Below are positions 61,816-64,000 of a stretch of DNA of 64,000 nt, piece by piece. A program made the translations under genes and the position numbers. Position 1 is the stretch's first letter. Every line of letters begins with the position of its first letter. The notes beneath the pieces were generated by a model. The model searched no databases. It saw only the letters and a list, made by a program, of their open reading frames with translations, and was not told the DNA's origin. This DNA is from Squalus acanthias (Eukaryota): NCBI GenBank assembly GCA_030390025.1, contig JASTWF010000034.1, positions 2,294,001 through 2,358,000 on the forward strand. The letters run 5' to 3'.

Positions 61816-62110
61816 AATGAAATTCCTGGACTGAGGTGGGAGCAGTGTAATCTAGGCAGCTATGGGAATGAAATTCCTGGACTGAGGTGGGAGCAGTGTA
61901 ATCCAGGCAGCCCTGGGAATTAAATTCCTGGACTGAGGTGGGAGCAGTGTAATCTAGGCAGCCCTGGGAATTAAATTCCTGGACTGAGGTGGGAGCAGTG
62001 TAATCCAGGCAGCCCTGGGAATTAAATTCCTGGACTGAGGTGGGAGCAGTGTAATCTAGGCAGCTATGGGAATGAAATTCCTGGACTGAGGTGCGAGCAG
62101 TGTAATCTAG
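61816..62110. repeat. 51-bp minisatellite (about 5.8 units)
   Basis: Unit AATGAAATTCCTGGACTGAGGTGGGAGCAGTGTAATCTAGGCAGCTATGGG. Confidence 0.95.
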
Positions 62111-62177
62111 TCGAGTCCCATCGTTCCATCACTGGGATATTCTCTCAGATCCTGCCATTTAAGACCATTTATTTATT

Positions 62178-62919
62178 GGCCCAGAAATTGATCTCGCTCT
62201 GTTCCCGCGGGGGTAAGCCTTCCCCGCGATGTCTCACCTCGCTTATGCTTTTTCAGATCCAGCTCGCACGAACTTGATGTTGCAGACATCAGCTGTGCTG
62301 GGCTTGCGTATCCCAGCGGCGTAGTGAATTCGTGCGAGCTGTGGGATCACGTGACTCAGTTAGAACCAATGGCAGCACACCATCTTCCATTCATAAGTCT
62401 CACAGCATGGCTGTGAAATCTATGAATCTTACACCCCCCAAAATAACAGCTAAACCTCAATTAAATTTAAAAAAAAACCATCACATTAATAAAATAAGTA
62501 TAGTTAATTAAATTAACCATTTTAAATAAAAAATTAAATTTTTGAAAAAATTTAAAATCTTTTAAAAAGTTATAAAAATAAACTTACCTGTCTTTAAAGT
62601 CTATAAAAAAGATATACCTGTAAAAAAAAATTCAAAAAAATACTTAATTCACTACTTACCTTCTTAAAAGCGGGTCTTACTCCTCCTTTTTACATTTCCA
62701 AAATCTTCCCTACTTACCTGCGCGTCCAAAGCATGAAGTGCACAGCTTGCGCGCAGCCTGTAGCGCGTACGCGATGCACCCAGGCCCCGCCCCCTTTTCA
62801 GAAGAGCAAGTGCCGGTTTTCAGCGCATGCGCAGGGCATGCAGAAAACCGGCAATTGGAGTGGGAATACGCGAGAGTACGCAGTGCGTACTCTCGCGTCC
62901 CGGGATCAATTTTCGGCCC
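62178..62919. mobile_element. Non-autonomous PIF/Harbinger-type MITE, 742 bp
   Basis: TIRs GGCCCAGAAATTGATCTCG / CGGGATCAATTTTCGGCCC; 3-bp TSD ATT at 62175-62177 and 62920-62922. Confidence 0.8.
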
Positions 62920-63239
62920 ATTATTTTTTAATCCCGATGGCCTGGTATGGAATAAATCAGAGAACTAGTGTGGGGAAATCCATTTTGTCAGTGGTCTAAA
63001 CAGAGTGCTTAGGTTGTGAATTTGGAAAGCTTGGGAATTAGTAGCAGAGGGGAAGGAGGAGAGAGCGAGAGGAGCGGCCGGAGATAAAGGTAGGCCAGAG
63101 AACCCGGAGCTGGGAGCGAGTGTAAGGGAGTTCGGTAAGTGACATCAGCACAAGGGAGGACGCTGCAAAGAAAAAATAGTATGTTGATTGTGATTTTTTT
63201 GAAGTCTTGAGTTTAATTCCGTTAAGTTAGTTGGTAGTC

Positions 63240-63556
63240 CATTAAATAGAGACTTGACAGGGCACCTCGGTGCCGTGGAATGCTCACCTTGTGTCATGCA
63301 TTTAGTGCAGGAGCCCCATGAGTGCATCTCACTCTCGAACCAGTATTCGATGCTTCCTCTGGGGAGTACAGCCAGAGCCAAGTCCACGGCAACACTGTTG
63401 GCTGAGCTGTAGGTGGGAGGGGGGCAGCAAGGTCGGGAAAGCAATAGTGATAGGAGATTCGATGGTTAAAGGAACAGACAGGTGTTTCTCCAGCCACAGA
63501 CGTGACTCCAGGATGATATGTTGCCTCCCTGGTGCCAGGGTCAAGGATGTCACTGA
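63240..63556 (+). mobile_element. CR1 ORF1 fragment
   Basis: KAIVIGDSMVKGTDR..RDSRMICCLPGARVKDV. Confidence 0.85.
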
Positions 63557-63562
63557 AATAAC

Positions 63563-64000
63563 ATAAGGGACAGTCTGTGATAGGGTGGAAGGCAGGAGTG
63601 GTTAAATGTTACAAATGGGGATGACAGAATCATCAACAGCTGCCGCCTGACCTGCAGTCAGAGTGGCAGTGGAGCGGAGAATTAAAGTGACAAGCGCTCC
63701 ACTCCCACTCTGACCTCTCTGTTCTCGGGCTCTTACAACGTAAGCTCGAGGAACAGCATCACATCTTTCTATTAGGCACTTTACAGCCTTCTGGATTCAA
63801 CATTGAGTTCAACAATTTCAGACCATAACCTCGGCCCCTATGTTTCAGGCGGCAGCTGTTGATGATTCTACCATCCCCATTTGCAACATTGAACCACTCC
63901 TGCCTTCCACCCTATCACAGACCGTTCCTTTTATTATTTCCTCCCCTACACCCTTTCCCTGCCCCTGCATCAGATTTCCAGCATCCGCAGTATTTTGCTA
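63563..64000 (+). mobile_element. Penelope-like 3' end with upstream inverted pLTR copy
   Basis: KLEEQH..GTLQPSGFNIEFNNF remnant; 63565-63650 is the reverse complement of 63845-63932. Confidence 0.8.

Overview
Eukaryotic, almost certainly cartilaginous-fish (shark-like) genomic DNA, inferred from its CR1, L2, Penelope, DeuSINE and Harbinger repeats and a GPR139-like exon. Most of the window is transposon relics and tandem repeats. The dominant structure is a large, diverged inverted duplication: 1-15400 is the reverse complement of 18282-38682 apart from arm-specific insertions and repeat expansions, and it probably continues left of the window. Reading outward from the centre, each arm carries an internally deleted PIF/Harbinger transposon (Myb/SANT pseudogene plus an LTR-like insert), a YY1/NRF1/CRE-rich CpG island, a C2H2 zinc-finger pseudo-exon, minisatellites, and the 5' exons of an unidentified gene with a perfect ERE palindrome upstream. 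The right third holds nested LINEs, three more tandem arrays, Penelope elements with hammerhead-ribozyme motifs, the first coding exon of a GPR139/GPR142-like GPCR with a triplicated splice donor, and a Harbinger-type MITE. No complete intact host gene, rRNA, tRNA or CRISPR array was seen. Element boundaries are read by eye and are approximate unless a junction sequence is quoted.
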